This document shows positions 31,587-41,340 of a DNA stretch of 64,000 bases, in pieces. The DNA comes from an uncultured Candidatus Entotheonella sp. (GTDB lineage: Bacteria > Tectomicrobia > Entotheonellia > Entotheonellales > Entotheonellaceae), in assembly GCA_965217185.1 (NCBI GenBank), contig OZ244252.1, positions 832,001 to 896,000 of the forward strand. The letters run 5' to 3'. A model generated the notes under the pieces. The model was not told the origin of the DNA. It saw only the letters and a list, made by a program, of their open reading frames with translations, and searched no databases. The position numbers were made by a program, and so were the translations under genes. Within the stretch, counting starts at the first letter, position 1. Every line of letters starts with the position of its first letter.

Positions 31587-31615
31587 ACGCCGGCGGCCTC
31601 CGAGGCATTATTATC

Positions 31616-31897
31616 ATGATTGTAGGTGTGTGTACGATTGAATTACGCTTGCGGGAGACGCGGTCCCTCAAGGGTAAGAGACAGATACTGAAAAGCATTA
31701 CGACACGCGTCAAAAACAATTTCAATGTAGCGATTGCCGAGGTTGATTATCAAGACAAATGGCAGCGCGCCTTATTGGGTGTTGCCGTGGTGAGCACGGC
31801 GCACGATCACGCAAACGGCATTCTGAGCAAAGTCGTCAATTTCGTCGAGTCGATGTATTTGGCTGAAATGCTAGATTATCATATCGAGTTCTGGTAA
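31616..31897 (+). CDS. DUF503 (YlxP) family protein
   Basis: SLKGKR...FNVAIAEVD.QDKWQ; conserved position between infB and rbfA. Confidence 0.9.
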   Translation: MIVGVCTIELRLRETRSLKGKRQILKSITTRVKNNFNVAIAEVDYQDKWQRALLGVAVVSTAHDHANGILSKVVNFVESMYLAEMLDYHIEFW

Positions 31898-31903
31898 CCC
31901 CCA

Positions 31904-32287
31904 ATGCAAAATTATCGTCCAACGCGCGTGGCGGAATTATTGCAGTCAGAAATCGCTGACCTCCTGTTGCGTCAACTCAAGGACCCGCGTCTGAGTATGG
32001 CGACGATTTCACGGGTAGATGTGTCACCGGATTTGCGTGAGGCTCGCGTGTACGTCAGCAGGGTAGGCGACGAAAACGAGCAGAAAGAAACCATGGAAGG
32101 ATTCGCGCGCGCCGTGGGGTTTATTCGGAGTCAGTTGGGCAAACGTGTAAAGTTGCGCCATACGCCCAATCTGACTTTCATATTAGATACGGCTATCGCC
32201 GATGGCGTCAGGATATCGCGGCTTTTGCACGACCTGACCTCTGCTTCAGTCACAGATGCCGAGGAAAGCGGTCCGCCGCATGCTTGA
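31904..32287 (+). CDS. rbfA: Ribosome-binding factor A
   Basis: Motifs KDPRL, VDVSPDLREARVY and LRHTPNLTF. Confidence 0.96.
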   Translation: MQNYRPTRVAELLQSEIADLLLRQLKDPRLSMATISRVDVSPDLREARVYVSRVGDENEQKETMEGFARAVGFIRSQLGKRVKLRHTPNLTFILDTAIADGVRISRLLHDLTSASVTDAEESGPPHA

Positions 32288-33185
32288 CGGCATTCTCAGC
32301 GTGGATAAGCCACGAGGTATGACATCCCATGACGCCGTGGAGATTGTGCGGCGGGCGACGGGTATCCGCGCCGTGGGACATACGGGAACACTGGATCCAG
32401 AGGCCAATGGCGTACTCCTTTTGTGCCTTGGCCGGGCGACGAAGTTCGCCAAGGTCTTTGAAGTGTTGGAAAAAACGTATTGGGTGGTCTTGCAATTGGG
32501 TGCCTGCACGGACACGCAGGACGCCGCAGGCAAGGTTGTTCGCATCCGAACCGTACCAGCGTTGCTTTCGCGGAGAGATGTTGAATCGGTACTGCCGCAG
32601 TTCACGGGTTGCCTCAAGCAAACGCCACCCATGTACTCTGCCCTCAAACAGGGTGGACAGCGTCTCTATCGTCTGGCCCGACAGGGGTATACTGTTGACA
32701 GGCCAGCGCGAGACATTTTTGTGCGACGGCTGCAAGTGCTGGAGGTGCGGGGGACGAAAGTGACGCTGGCTGTTACGTGTTCCAAAGGAACCTATGTCCG
32801 TACATTGGGCGAAGATATCGGCTTGGCATTGGGTTATGGCGCGCATGTGACCCACTTGCAGCGTTGCCGCGTCGGCGCTTATGGTTTGCGGAATGCCTAC
32901 CCGCTCACTGGCACAAGGCGGCGTATACGGGAGCAGGCTCTGAACTCGTTTCTAATTCCAACCGCTCAGGCGGTGGCGTTCCTCCCTTCTCTGTCTCTTT
33001 CCGCGCAACAATACGGCGACATGCAAAAGCAACGCGGCGCAGTTCTGCCTGATATTTTGCGCGAAGCGTGTCCTGGTCGGTTATCCTCTTCACATTACCG
33101 GCTGTGCACTTCACCAGATAACACTGTGGCGGTAATACAACGTCGAACAAGCGACTCGGCGAAATGGAAGCTCCTTATTCCATGA
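32280..33185 (+). CDS. truB: tRNA pseudouridine(55) synthase
   Basis: Motifs [26 protein letters not shown] and [10 protein letters not shown]. Confidence 0.96.
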   Translation: MLDGILSVDKPRGMTSHDAVEIVRRATGIRAVGHTGTLDPEANGVLLLCLGRATKFAKVFEVLEKTYWVVLQLGACTDTQDAAGKVVRIRTVPALLSRRDVESVLPQFTGCLKQTPPMYSALKQGGQRLYRLARQGYTVDRPARDIFVRRLQVLEVRGTKVTLAVTCSKGTYVRTLGEDIGLALGYGAHVTHLQRCRVGAYGLRNAYPLTGTRRRIREQALNSFLIPTAQAVAFLPSLSLSAQQYGDMQKQRGAVLPDILREACPGRLSSSHYRLCTSPDNTVAVIQRRTSDSAKWKLLIP

Positions 33186-33219
33186 AATAGGTTGTGTTCG
33201 CAGCGTGAAAGGAAGCGTT

Positions 33220-33489
33220 ATGGCTTTGTTGAAAGAGGAAAAAGAGGCGGTCATGAGTGATTTTCGCATGCACCAGACCGACTCCGGTTCGTCGGAGGTG
33301 CAGATCGCTATCTTGAGTGCACGTATTACGTATCTGACTGAGCATTTCAGGACGCATAAGAAAGATCATCATTCCAGGCGGGGCTTGCTCAAGCTCGTGG
33401 GTCGCCGTCGTCGTTTGCTGGATTATGTCAAGAGGCGCGATTTTACCCGTTATCAGGACGTGATCGCCCGGCTGGGAATTCGGCGCTAG
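33220..33489 (+). CDS. rpsO: 30S ribosomal protein S15
   Basis: Motifs [12 protein letters not shown] and [22 protein letters not shown]. Confidence 0.98.
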   Translation: MALLKEEKEAVMSDFRMHQTDSGSSEVQIAILSARITYLTEHFRTHKKDHHSRRGLLKLVGRRRRLLDYVKRRDFTRYQDVIARLGIRR

Positions 33490-33545
33490 AGTTTTTGGGA
33501 TCATCTGTCTAAGTCATGGATGTTATTACGCTTGGAGGCAAAACA

Positions 33546-35663
33546 TTGGATCATCAAACAGCAAGTTGCGTGATTAACGGTCGCACATTAACCATTGAAA
33601 CGGGCGAAATCGCCAAGCAGGCAAATGGCTCTGTCTTGGTGAGGTATGGGGATACGATTGTATTGGCTGCCGTTGCCGCCGCTACGGATGACCGCGGCGA
33701 ATTGGGTTTCTTCCCGCTGACTGTTGACTACCGCGAAAGGACTTACGCGGCTGGAAAAATCCCCGGCGGGTTTTTCAAACGTGAAGGACGGCCAGGGGAG
33801 AAAGAGACGCTAACCTCGCGCATCATCGACCGTCCGCTACGACCGCTTTTTCCCAGTGGTTATAACAAGGAAACGCAAATTCTCTGTACCGTACTTTCCG
33901 TGGACAACGAGAATGATCCGGACATCGTGGCCCTCATCGCGGCTTCGGCCGCGCTGACCGTCTCCGACGTGCCGTTCCTAGGACCTGTTGGGGCAGTGCG
34001 CATGGGGTACACGGATCACCAGATTGTCGTCAACCCAACCAACGAGGAACTGGAACGTGGACAACTGAATATGGTGGTGGCCGGAAGCCAGGAGGCCATC
34101 GTCATGGTGGAAGGCGGGGCGCTGGAACTTCCCGAAGATATCGTCCTGTCCGCTTTGGAGACGGCCCACCAAGCCCTGCAAGCCTGTATTGATATACAGC
34201 TTCAATTGCAGCAACGGGTAGGCAAAGCCAAGCAGCCGGTGGTTCCTCCGGTGATCGATGAGACATTGCAGCAGAATGTCCATGCGATGGCCCATGAGCG
34301 GCTCAAAGCCGCTTTGGCAACTCCAGGGAAACTGGAGCGTCAGGAAGCGGTGGCCACGCTTGAACAGGACATGGTGAAAGCCTTCGAGGGTTCGGAGGAA
34401 TCGGATACTGCGCCAAGTGCCAAGACAATCAAGACCGTTTTGCACGACATGGAAAGTGCGGAGATGCGTCGGCAGATTCTCGAAGGAGGACGTCGTGCCG
34501 ATGGTCGCGGTCTTGCTGATATTCGGCCGATCAGTGGCCGTGTCTCCATGTTGCCGCGCACGCACGGTTCGGCGTTGTTTACCCGTGGCGAAACACAAGC
34601 CCTTGTGGTCGCGACGTTGGGGACGCAAGGCGATGAGCAGATTATAGACGACCTGGGTGGCAGGACCTCGAAACGCTTCATGCTCCACTACAATTTCCCG
34701 TCCTACAGCGTCGGTGAAGTGCGACCGTTGCGCGGTCCTGGGCGGCGCGAAATCGGGCATGGGGCGTTGGCTGAACGCGCCATACGACCCGTCCTTCCGT
34801 CCCATGAATCCTTTCCATACACGCTGCGGGTGGTTTCGGACATTATGGAGTCCAATGGCTCATCATCCATGGCGACGGTGTGTGGCAGCGCGCTTGCCCT
34901 TATGGATGCGGGGGTGCCTATCAAGGCGCCGGTTGCCGGCATTGCCATGGGACTCATCGCGGAAGGGGAGGGGGTAGCCATATTGTCGGACATCCTCGGG
35001 GTAGAGGATCATCTGGGCGATATGGATTTCAAGGTTGCTGGAACGGTGCAGGGTATTACGGCCATCCAGATGGACATCAAAACCACCGGCGTGTCCCGTG
35101 AGATTATGGCGCAGGCTTTGGAACAGGCTCGGCAAGGCCGGATGCATATCTTGCAGGAGATGCAAGGTATCTTGGATGGACCGCGGGTCGAAACGTCGGC
35201 TTATGCGCCGCGAATTGTCACCTTGAAAATTAACAAGGATAAAGTACGTGAGGTCATTGGACCTGGTGGCAAGACGATACGGGGCATCATTGAGGCGACC
35301 GGCGTAACCATCGACATTGAAGACGATGGGACTGTTTTGATAGCGTCAGCCAACGAAATAGCCTCGCAGGAGGCGGTCCAGATGGTCCGAGAGTTGACCA
35401 AAGAGGCCGAAGTTGGCCAGATCTACATGGGGACTGTCAGGAAGATTATGGACTTCGGCGCTTTCGTGGAAATTTTCCCCGGCACTGATGGTCTGCTGCA
35501 CATCTCACAGATCTCAGAGAAGCGGGTGAACAAGGTAAGCGACGAAGTTCAGGAAGGGGATCGCATCATGGTGAAGGTGCTGGAGGTCGACCGGAATGGC
35601 CGCATCAAGCTCAGCCACAAAGAAGCCGTACGAGACCAGGAAGCGGCGGCTGAAATTGGCTGA
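33546..35663 (+). CDS. pnp: Polyribonucleotide nucleotidyltransferase (TTG start after GGAGG; the ORF opens at 33516)
   Basis: Motifs FFPLTVDY, GFFKREGRP, RREIGHG, ESNGSSSMA and GDMDFKVAG, with KH and S1 domains. Confidence 0.98.
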   Translation: MDHQTASCVINGRTLTIETGEIAKQANGSVLVRYGDTIVLAAVAAATDDRGELGFFPLTVDYRERTYAAGKIPGGFFKREGRPGEKETLTSRIIDRPLRPLFPSGYNKETQILCTVLSVDNENDPDIVALIAASAALTVSDVPFLGPVGAVRMGYTDHQIVVNPTNEELERGQLNMVVAGSQEAIVMVEGGALELPEDIVLSALETAHQALQACIDIQLQLQQRVGKAKQPVVPPVIDETLQQNVHAMAHERLKAALATPGKLERQEAVATLEQDMVKAFEGSEESDTAPSAKTIKTVLHDMESAEMRRQILEGGRRADGRGLADIRPISGRVSMLPRTHGSALFTRGETQALVVATLGTQGDEQIIDDLGGRTSKRFMLHYNFPSYSVGEVRPLRGPGRREIGHGALAERAIRPVLPSHESFPYTLRVVSDIMESNGSSSMATVCGSALALMDAGVPIKAPVAGIAMGLIAEGEGVAILSDILGVEDHLGDMDFKVAGTVQGITAIQMDIKTTGVSREIMAQALEQARQGRMHILQEMQGILDGPRVETSAYAPRIVTLKINKDKVREVIGPGGKTIRGIIEATGVTIDIEDDGTVLIASANEIASQEAVQMVRELTKEAEVGQIYMGTVRKIMDFGAFVEIFPGTDGLLHISQISEKRVNKVSDEVQEGDRIMVKVLEVDRNGRIKLSHKEAVRDQEAAAEIG

Positions 35664-35685
35664 TTTTAGGGCCTATATAATCAAA

Positions 35686-35713
35686 AGTTTACATAATATA
35701 ACTTATCAGAAGT
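35686..35713 (-). other. dif: dif chromosome-dimer resolution site (XerC/XerD)
   Basis: The minus strand reads ACTTCTGATAA-GTTATA-TTATGTAAACT, an 11-6-11 layout with a canonical XerD-type arm. It sits in the convergent intergenic gap where gene orientation flips. Confidence 0.88.
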
Positions 35714-36429
35714 TATAGAACATGTTCGATATTTGCGAGGCGTTCTTCCACGATCCGGCGTGTGAGTTCGTTAACCTCGGCATCGGACAAGGCGCGGTTA
35801 TAAACTTCAGCCGCCATCTCCGGAGCATTGGATTGCTCGTGGCAGCGACCCATCCCCAAGTAGGCCTCGCCTCGCAACCACGTCGCCGTTGGAGCCTGTA
35901 GCACGGTCTGGAAATTCTCCAAAGCCCGTGCGCAGGCGCCTTGCGCTTCTTCAGCGTAGGCCATATTCAGCGATATCAAAGCACGCATTAAAGCGGATCG
36001 ATTGTTGTTGCTGGACAGCCGTTGTCGGGCCTGCTCGTACGCCTCTACTGCAGCCACGTAATCGGCGCGGGTATAATAAAGGCGCCCGAGATACCAATAG
36101 GCCTGGGCCGCGGCGGGCGTGCCGTCATAGTCGCGCACAAGAGTCTGCAACGCCTCCACCATTGGATTAGGCTGTGATGTGTTCTGCAACGCATCACCGT
36201 TGTCGTCTGCATTGATTGCTTTGTACAATAGTGTCTCGGCACGCTGATGCCGGTTTGCCTGCCACACAAACCATCCCCCAACCAGAGCCCCAGCAAGTAC
36301 GACAGCCCCGATACCATAAAGGATGGACGAAGCATTCGCTTCTGCCCACTCGATGATCCGTGCGCTGCGCGTAATGAATTGGTCTGGTTGGCGCAGTAAC
36401 TCCTTACGTGTTATACGCTGTCTTGCCAC
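35713..36429 (-). CDS. Membrane-anchored TPR protein (YfgM-like)
   Basis: RKELLRQPDQF, one TM helix and TPR-like repeats (AYWYLGRLY, AYLGMGRCHE). Confidence 0.8.
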   Translation of the reverse strand: MARQRITRKELLRQPDQFITRSARIIEWAEANASSILYGIGAVVLAGALVGGWFVWQANRHQRAETLLYKAINADDNGDALQNTSQPNPMVEALQTLVRDYDGTPAAAQAYWYLGRLYYTRADYVAAVEAYEQARQRLSSNNNRSALMRALISLNMAYAEEAQGACARALENFQTVLQAPTATWLRGEAYLGMGRCHEQSNAPEMAAEVYNRALSDAEVNELTRRIVEERLANIEHVL

Positions 36430-36470
36430 AACAAGAGCCTTTCATTGTTCGTAAATGTGCAACCCGGCAA

Positions 36471-38495
36471 TTACGACTCCACAGTTTTCGCAGCTGTGAC
36501 AACCGTTTGCATCAAATGCTGCGGAAGAACTTCATAGCGCAGAAATTCGATGGCGTATGAACCCTCCCCTCCCGTTACCGACTGCAAAAAGGCGCTGTAC
36601 TGTTGCACTTCGGCTAGGGGTACCTCCGACCGAACAATCTGCAGGTTGCCGATGCTATCAATGCCGCTTACCCGGCCGCGTCGGCTGCTGATGTCGCCGG
36701 TAATGTCGCCCATGTACTTGGACGGCACCATAACCTCAAGTTTGACAATGGGTTCCAGTAAAACAGGCGTGGCTTGCTGAACGGCTTCCTTTACTGCCTC
36801 GCGCCCGGCGATCTGAAATGCGATGTCTTTACTATCCACGGGGTGCTCTTTGCCGTCGTAAAGCTCGACCTTGATGTCCACCACGGGATAATCCGTCAGC
36901 ACGCCTTCCGCCATCTTGTCCTGGATACCTTTGTCAACACTCTGCCGGAACGATTGGCTAATAACGCCGCCAAATATTTTGTCGACAAACTCGTATCCGG
37001 TTCCGCGAGGGGTTGGTTCGACCCGTATTGCGCACTCAGCGAACTGCCCGGCACCGCCCGTCTGTTTCTTATGGCGATAGCGAATATCGGCTTTGCTGCT
37101 TATCGTCTCGCGATAGGCAATTTTCGGAAGTTTCGTCGTTACTTCCACCCCGCGGCGCTGCAACCGGTTCAGCATCAAGCCGATATGTTGCTCACCGATT
37201 CCCGATATGACGAGCTCCTTGGTTTGGGAATTCATTCCCACTTGAAAAGTCGGATCCGCCTCGGCGAGACGCCGCAAACTTTCGGAAATCTTTGCCTCGT
37301 CGCCGCGACTCTTGGGTTCAACGGCCCGCGAAACCATGGGGATCGGGTAACGCGGCACAACGAACGGCTTTTGGTCTTTGCTCGCTGCCAAGGTGTCGCC
37401 GACCCGGAACTCCTCAACTTTTGCGGTGGCGATAATGGCCCCAGCCCCAGCCTCGTTTATTTCCCGCTGATCTTTGCCCTGAGGACGAAAGAGCTTGGGG
37501 ATTTTGACCGGTCTGCCGGAATGGGCCAAGGTGACGGTGTCCCCTGCGCGTACGAGACCCGAATAGACGCGGAAAAAGCTGACTTTGCCCACGAATTCAT
37601 CCGATATGATCTTAAAAACCTGCGCCTCAAGGGGGCCTCCGAGATCAATGCTATGCGCTTCCGCCCCGCTATCACCCAAGACTTCTTTCGTCGCATAGTC
37701 CGGAGACGGCGCATAACCGGCAATAAAGTCCATGATTTCGGTAATTCCCTGGTCCGACTCGGCGGCGCAGCAAAGAATGGGAACGATCGAGCGATCAATC
37801 AAGACTTGGACAAATACGTGTTCCAGTTCCTCTTGAGGGATGGTTTCACCTTCCAGGTAACGCTCCAGTAGGGCGTCATCGCCGGAGATTACCGACTCCA
37901 TGAGTACGCCGCGCTGTTCTTCGACGGTATCGGCCAAATTGGAAGGAATGTCGCCGGGATGCAGTAAACTAACGATCCCCGAGAAGGAACTGCCACTGCC
38001 GACAGGAAGCATCAAGGGTGTACAGGCCGATCCGAAATTCTCCTGCAGAGATGCTACCACCTCGTCATATTGAGCGTTGTCGGCATCCATTCGCGTTATC
38101 ACAAACATGCACGCGCAGCCTTGTTGCTGCGCCAGGTCCCATGCTTTGCGGGTGCCGGCTTCGATGCCCGACGCGGCGTTAACCGTGATAACGGCAAGCT
38201 CGACGACCGAAAGCGCACCGTACACTTCTCCTACGAAGTCGGCCGCTCCGGGGGTGTCGATGATATTGATGTCCCGACCTTTCCACGTGGTGTGAAGCAC
38301 GGAGGAGTGAACGGATTTCTGGCCTTCTTTCTCGTCTGTATCGAAGTCACTCGCAGTCGTTCCGTCGCTTATCCTGCCAAGACGGTTGATCTCCCCGCTC
38401 TTCAGAAGCATCGCTTCACTCAACATGGTTTTTCCATTGCCTGAGTGCCCCACAAGAGCCACGTTGCGGATTTCCTGCGCGTTATTCTCAGCCAC
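36471..38495 (-). CDS. Elongation factor G paralog (EF-G2-like)
   Basis: IRNVALVGHSGNGKT, NIIDTPG, HKKQTGGAGQF and PVLLEPI. The switch-I region reads EKEGQKSV instead of canonical ERGITI. Confidence 0.9.
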   Translation of the reverse strand: MAENNAQEIRNVALVGHSGNGKTMLSEAMLLKSGEINRLGRISDGTTASDFDTDEKEGQKSVHSSVLHTTWKGRDINIIDTPGAADFVGEVYGALSVVELAVITVNAASGIEAGTRKAWDLAQQQGCACMFVITRMDADNAQYDEVVASLQENFGSACTPLMLPVGSGSSFSGIVSLLHPGDIPSNLADTVEEQRGVLMESVISGDDALLERYLEGETIPQEELEHVFVQVLIDRSIVPILCCAAESDQGITEIMDFIAGYAPSPDYATKEVLGDSGAEAHSIDLGGPLEAQVFKIISDEFVGKVSFFRVYSGLVRAGDTVTLAHSGRPVKIPKLFRPQGKDQREINEAGAGAIIATAKVEEFRVGDTLAASKDQKPFVVPRYPIPMVSRAVEPKSRGDEAKISESLRRLAEADPTFQVGMNSQTKELVISGIGEQHIGLMLNRLQRRGVEVTTKLPKIAYRETISSKADIRYRHKKQTGGAGQFAECAIRVEPTPRGTGYEFVDKIFGGVISQSFRQSVDKGIQDKMAEGVLTDYPVVDIKVELYDGKEHPVDSKDIAFQIAGREAVKEAVQQATPVLLEPIVKLEVMVPSKYMGDITGDISSRRGRVSGIDSIGNLQIVRSEVPLAEVQQYSAFLQSVTGGEGSYAIEFLRYEVLPQHLMQTVVTAAKTVES

Positions 38496-38604
38496 TGTTC
38501 TCCCCTTCCATGTTCCGAAATGACTGTCCTTTGAGGAATTACGAAACGACCCCAAATTGGCCTTGTGTCTCGCCTCCCCTCCTGCGATTTCTGCGCGTAG
38601 CGAA

Positions 38605-38678
38605 TGCCCCCGGCAGGATTCGAACCTGCGACCTGCGGATTAGGAATCCGCTGCTCTATCCTGCTGAGCTACGAGGGC
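38605..38678 (-). tRNA. tRNA-Arg(CCT)
   Basis: GCCCTCGTAGCTCAG...GCGGA-TTCCTAA-TCCGC...GGTTCGAATCC...GGGGGCA folds as a cloverleaf; CCA is not encoded. Confidence 0.95.
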
Positions 38679-38760
38679 AGGCTTATCTTCCCGCATTTAG
38701 GGATTTGAACCACTTTCCTGTGGAGCAAAGCCACTTATTCTATCATCGTATGGCGCATGG

Positions 38761-39870
38761 TCAATCTTGCTGATCGTGTTGAGATAAAGCGCGTTTGAGG
38801 CGCTGACGCTGGCTCGCATAGTAATGTGGGAAATTGGTAGGAAATACCAAGCACCAGAGCGAACGCAGTATCGTGCAATAGACAGCCTGACGAGAGATTT
38901 TCAGCCGTTCCTGATGAGACAATAAGCCCTCTGATCGGCAGACCTCTTCTAACGTTTGGACCGCAAATAACAACGGCCACATACAGCTCAGTCGAACGCG
39001 CAGCGCCCTGAGCGGCAATAGCCGCACATAACAACTGGCGTGATCAAGGTGTTCCAAGGTGTAATCAATCAGGTGGATAACTAAAGGTCGAATCTGAGGT
39101 AGCAACGTTGGATCAAGCAGGTCATGCGCTTGCAAGCCGAGCCGGCGGAGTTCGTCTGCAGGGAGATAGCAGCGGCCACCTTGTAGGTCTTTGCCCACGT
39201 CTTTAAGAATATTCGTGAGCTGTAACCCTCGACCGAAACGCACACCTAAGACGCTGAGTTGTTGGCTGTTACGGTGATTTCTGAAGGCACGCAGGTTGGC
39301 GCTGCAAAGCATTGTCCAGAATTCGCCCACAACCCCAGCTACGTAATACGTATACCGTTCAAGCGAAGCCATATCCGGCAGAGCGCAAACGTCTGCGGGC
39401 GTATCCCCCGGAAAACAGGTCAGATCCATCTCCATGCCGCGCGTTAGGGTCAATACGAGATTCTTTACGAGGCATTGGTCGCCAGAGGACAGACGGTCGT
39501 ATATCCGAAAACAGTCAGGCAGATGCAGCAGCAGTTGGCGCTCACCCTCGGAGGCTTGTGACGGGTGGTGTTGCATCATCTGCTGCAACTGGTCGATGCC
39601 AATTCGTGAGGGCGAATCTTTCTGGAATTGCGCGCGGAAAGCATGGAGGGCGGGCAGACGTTCGTGGTACGGCAGAATGCGCGTGTCAGCGATGGTATCA
39701 GCCGCACGGCAAAACAGATAAGCCAAGCCCATCTGTCCCCGAACGGGTCTCGGGAGAACAATCAGGCTCAAATAGAATGACCGGGAAACTTTCTTAAGGA
39801 TGTTGCGTATTAAGACGGTTTCCTCATGTCGGTTCTTTCTGCGCCCTTGCAACCATGTGGAAGCCAGCAT
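38761..39870 (-). CDS. Squalene/phytoene synthase family protein (squalene synthase-like)
   Basis: Motifs VSRSF, AYLFCRAADTIAD, YTYYVAGVVGEF and GLQLTNILKDVGKD..GRCYLP. Confidence 0.88.
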   Translation of the reverse strand: MLASTWLQGRRKNRHEETVLIRNILKKVSRSFYLSLIVLPRPVRGQMGLAYLFCRAADTIADTRILPYHERLPALHAFRAQFQKDSPSRIGIDQLQQMMQHHPSQASEGERQLLLHLPDCFRIYDRLSSGDQCLVKNLVLTLTRGMEMDLTCFPGDTPADVCALPDMASLERYTYYVAGVVGEFWTMLCSANLRAFRNHRNSQQLSVLGVRFGRGLQLTNILKDVGKDLQGGRCYLPADELRRLGLQAHDLLDPTLLPQIRPLVIHLIDYTLEHLDHASCYVRLLPLRALRVRLSCMWPLLFAVQTLEEVCRSEGLLSHQERLKISRQAVYCTILRSLWCLVFPTNFPHYYASQRQRLKRALSQHDQQD

Positions 39871-39899
39871 GGAGAGTTCTCGGCGAAATCAGTCGAATT

Positions 39900-40418
39900 T
39901 CAATCTTGTAAAAGTGAAAAGACCTGATGGTTCTGCAGGTGCTTCCGACCATTCAGGGCGCACAATTCAATGAGAACAGCAACTTCGATGACCTCGCATT
40001 GGAATCCCTGGAGCAGGCTAAGCGCCGCGCAAATGGTTCCGCCAGTGGCGAGAACGTCATCGACTAGCACGACGCGCGAACCTGATGTCACTGCATCGCG
40101 ATGTACTTCGAGCGTGTCCATCCCGTACTCGAGCTCGTAAGAGGCTTGCAGAGTCTCGGCAGGTAGCTTGCCTGGTTTACGTATCAGCGTCAGACCGGCC
40201 TTAAGTTTATAGGCCAGAGCTGCTGCGAGAACAAACCCGCGGGCCTCAATGCCGACAATTTGGTCAACGTCTTGTCCGGCATAGCGGTCTGCGAATGAAT
40301 TGACCATTGCATGAAAAGCGTTGGGGCTGGCCAAGAGTGGGGTAATGTCCTTAAATGCAATGCCCTTTTTGGGAAAATCAGGAACCACTCGAATTTTCTC
40401 TCGCAAAGTATCCAGCAC
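39900..40418 (-). CDS. apt: Adenine phosphoribosyltransferase
   Basis: Motifs PDFPKKGIAFKDITPLL, EARGF, RKPGKLP and VDDVLATGGT. Confidence 0.97.
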   Translation of the reverse strand: MLDTLREKIRVVPDFPKKGIAFKDITPLLASPNAFHAMVNSFADRYAGQDVDQIVGIEARGFVLAAALAYKLKAGLTLIRKPGKLPAETLQASYELEYGMDTLEVHRDAVTSGSRVVLVDDVLATGGTICAALSLLQGFQCEVIEVAVLIELCALNGRKHLQNHQVFSLLQD

Positions 40419-40586
40419 AGGCCCCTCCCCTTTTGGATTTGGACGATGCGTTTTAGCAGGACGGAACCGAAGCGGTTTCTCAAAGCTGCAGCAGGGAAGG
40501 AAAATTCCGGGTGGGCGTGCCTTCTAAAACCGTGAGGTCGATACCATCTCGGTGCTGAAGGCATTTTGTGCAATACCAAGGCATGA

Positions 40587-40660
40587 TCGGGGCGAGAAGA
40601 TTTGAACTTCCGGCCTCCTGCTCCCGAAGCAGGCGCGCTACCAAGCTGCGCTACGCCCCG
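40587..40660 (-). tRNA. tRNA-Pro(CGG)
   Basis: CGGGGCGTAGCGCAGC...CCTGC-TTCGGGA-GCAGG...GTTCAAATC...GCCCCGA. Confidence 0.95.
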
Positions 40661-40702
40661 ATTCATGTGCGTTAAAAGTAAATTCATACATTCCAAAGAG
40701 AG

Positions 40703-40776
40703 TCGGGGCGAGAGGATTTGAACCTCCGACTCCTTGCACCCCATGCAAGTGCGCTACCAAGCTGCGCCACGCCCCG
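40703..40776 (-). tRNA. tRNA-Pro(GGG)
   Basis: CGGGGCGTGGCGCAGC...CTTGC-ATGGGGT-GCAAG...GGTTCAAATCC...GCCCCGA; begins 1 nt after the MerR-family stop codon. Confidence 0.95.
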
Positions 40777-40777
40777 A

Positions 40778-41215
40778 TTATATGGGATGTTTCTTTTGCA
40801 ATAAGGTCATCATTTCATGGATGTTTTTCTTCAACAATGCAAGTGCTGCTCTAAGGTCGGAAGGTGCCGACGTGTCAGCGGCAAGGTTGTCAGACTCATC
40901 CCTTCCTCGGTGATCTGACAAGCCGTTGACCGTTTCATGAAGAATTCCAGTAATTCCCTTTCGAGCCTCCTGGGACGAACTGCGTTGATAGGCTAACAAT
41001 TGCCTCGCCCCAGAGATTGTATAGCAATCCGTGTAAAGGAGATTCCTGATCTCCATAAGCGTATCAATATCCGCTTTGGCATACAGACGTTGCCCGGAGG
41101 GATTCTTTTTTGGCTTTAGGCAGGGAAACTCCGATTCCCAATACCGCAACACATGCGGCTTTACGCCAAGCAATTTTGCGACTTCGCCAATTTTGAAAAA
41201 GGGTTTTGTTACCAA
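40778..41215 (-). CDS. MerR-family HTH regulator
   Basis: FKIGEVAKLLGVKPHVLRYWESEF...QRLY...YTISGAR; this type typically precedes tRNA-Pro. Confidence 0.9.
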   Translation of the reverse strand: MVTKPFFKIGEVAKLLGVKPHVLRYWESEFPCLKPKKNPSGQRLYAKADIDTLMEIRNLLYTDCYTISGARQLLAYQRSSSQEARKGITGILHETVNGLSDHRGRDESDNLAADTSAPSDLRAALALLKKNIHEMMTLLQKKHPI

Positions 41216-41273
41216 AAGTTGTCACCTGCCCCGATGATTCGGCTCTCTTGTTGTCTCGCTCGAGGTGGGAGGG

Positions 41274-41302
41274 ACCTTATCACCTGCCCCCGGTTCTGTC
41301 AA
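41274..41302 (-). promoter_or_regulatory. Putative sigma70 promoter for merR-tRNA-Pro-tRNA-Pro
   Basis: Minus strand TTGACA, a 17-nt spacer, then TAAGGT with an upstream TG. Confidence 0.5.
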
Positions 41303-41340
41303 TTTGGCAGGGCCTTTACAATGCGTAGCCGACCGAAGTC

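Noticed and set aside
38605..40776. Genomic islands at tRNA 3' ends
   Set aside because: No integrase or duplicated tRNA 3' fragment was seen, and the neighbours are ordinary chromosomal genes.
41222..41290. 11-bp direct repeat TCACCTGCCCC in two copies
   Set aside because: One copy coincides with the likely Shine-Dalgarno of the MerR-family gene and the other with the promoter spacer; two copies are not enough to call an operator or array.
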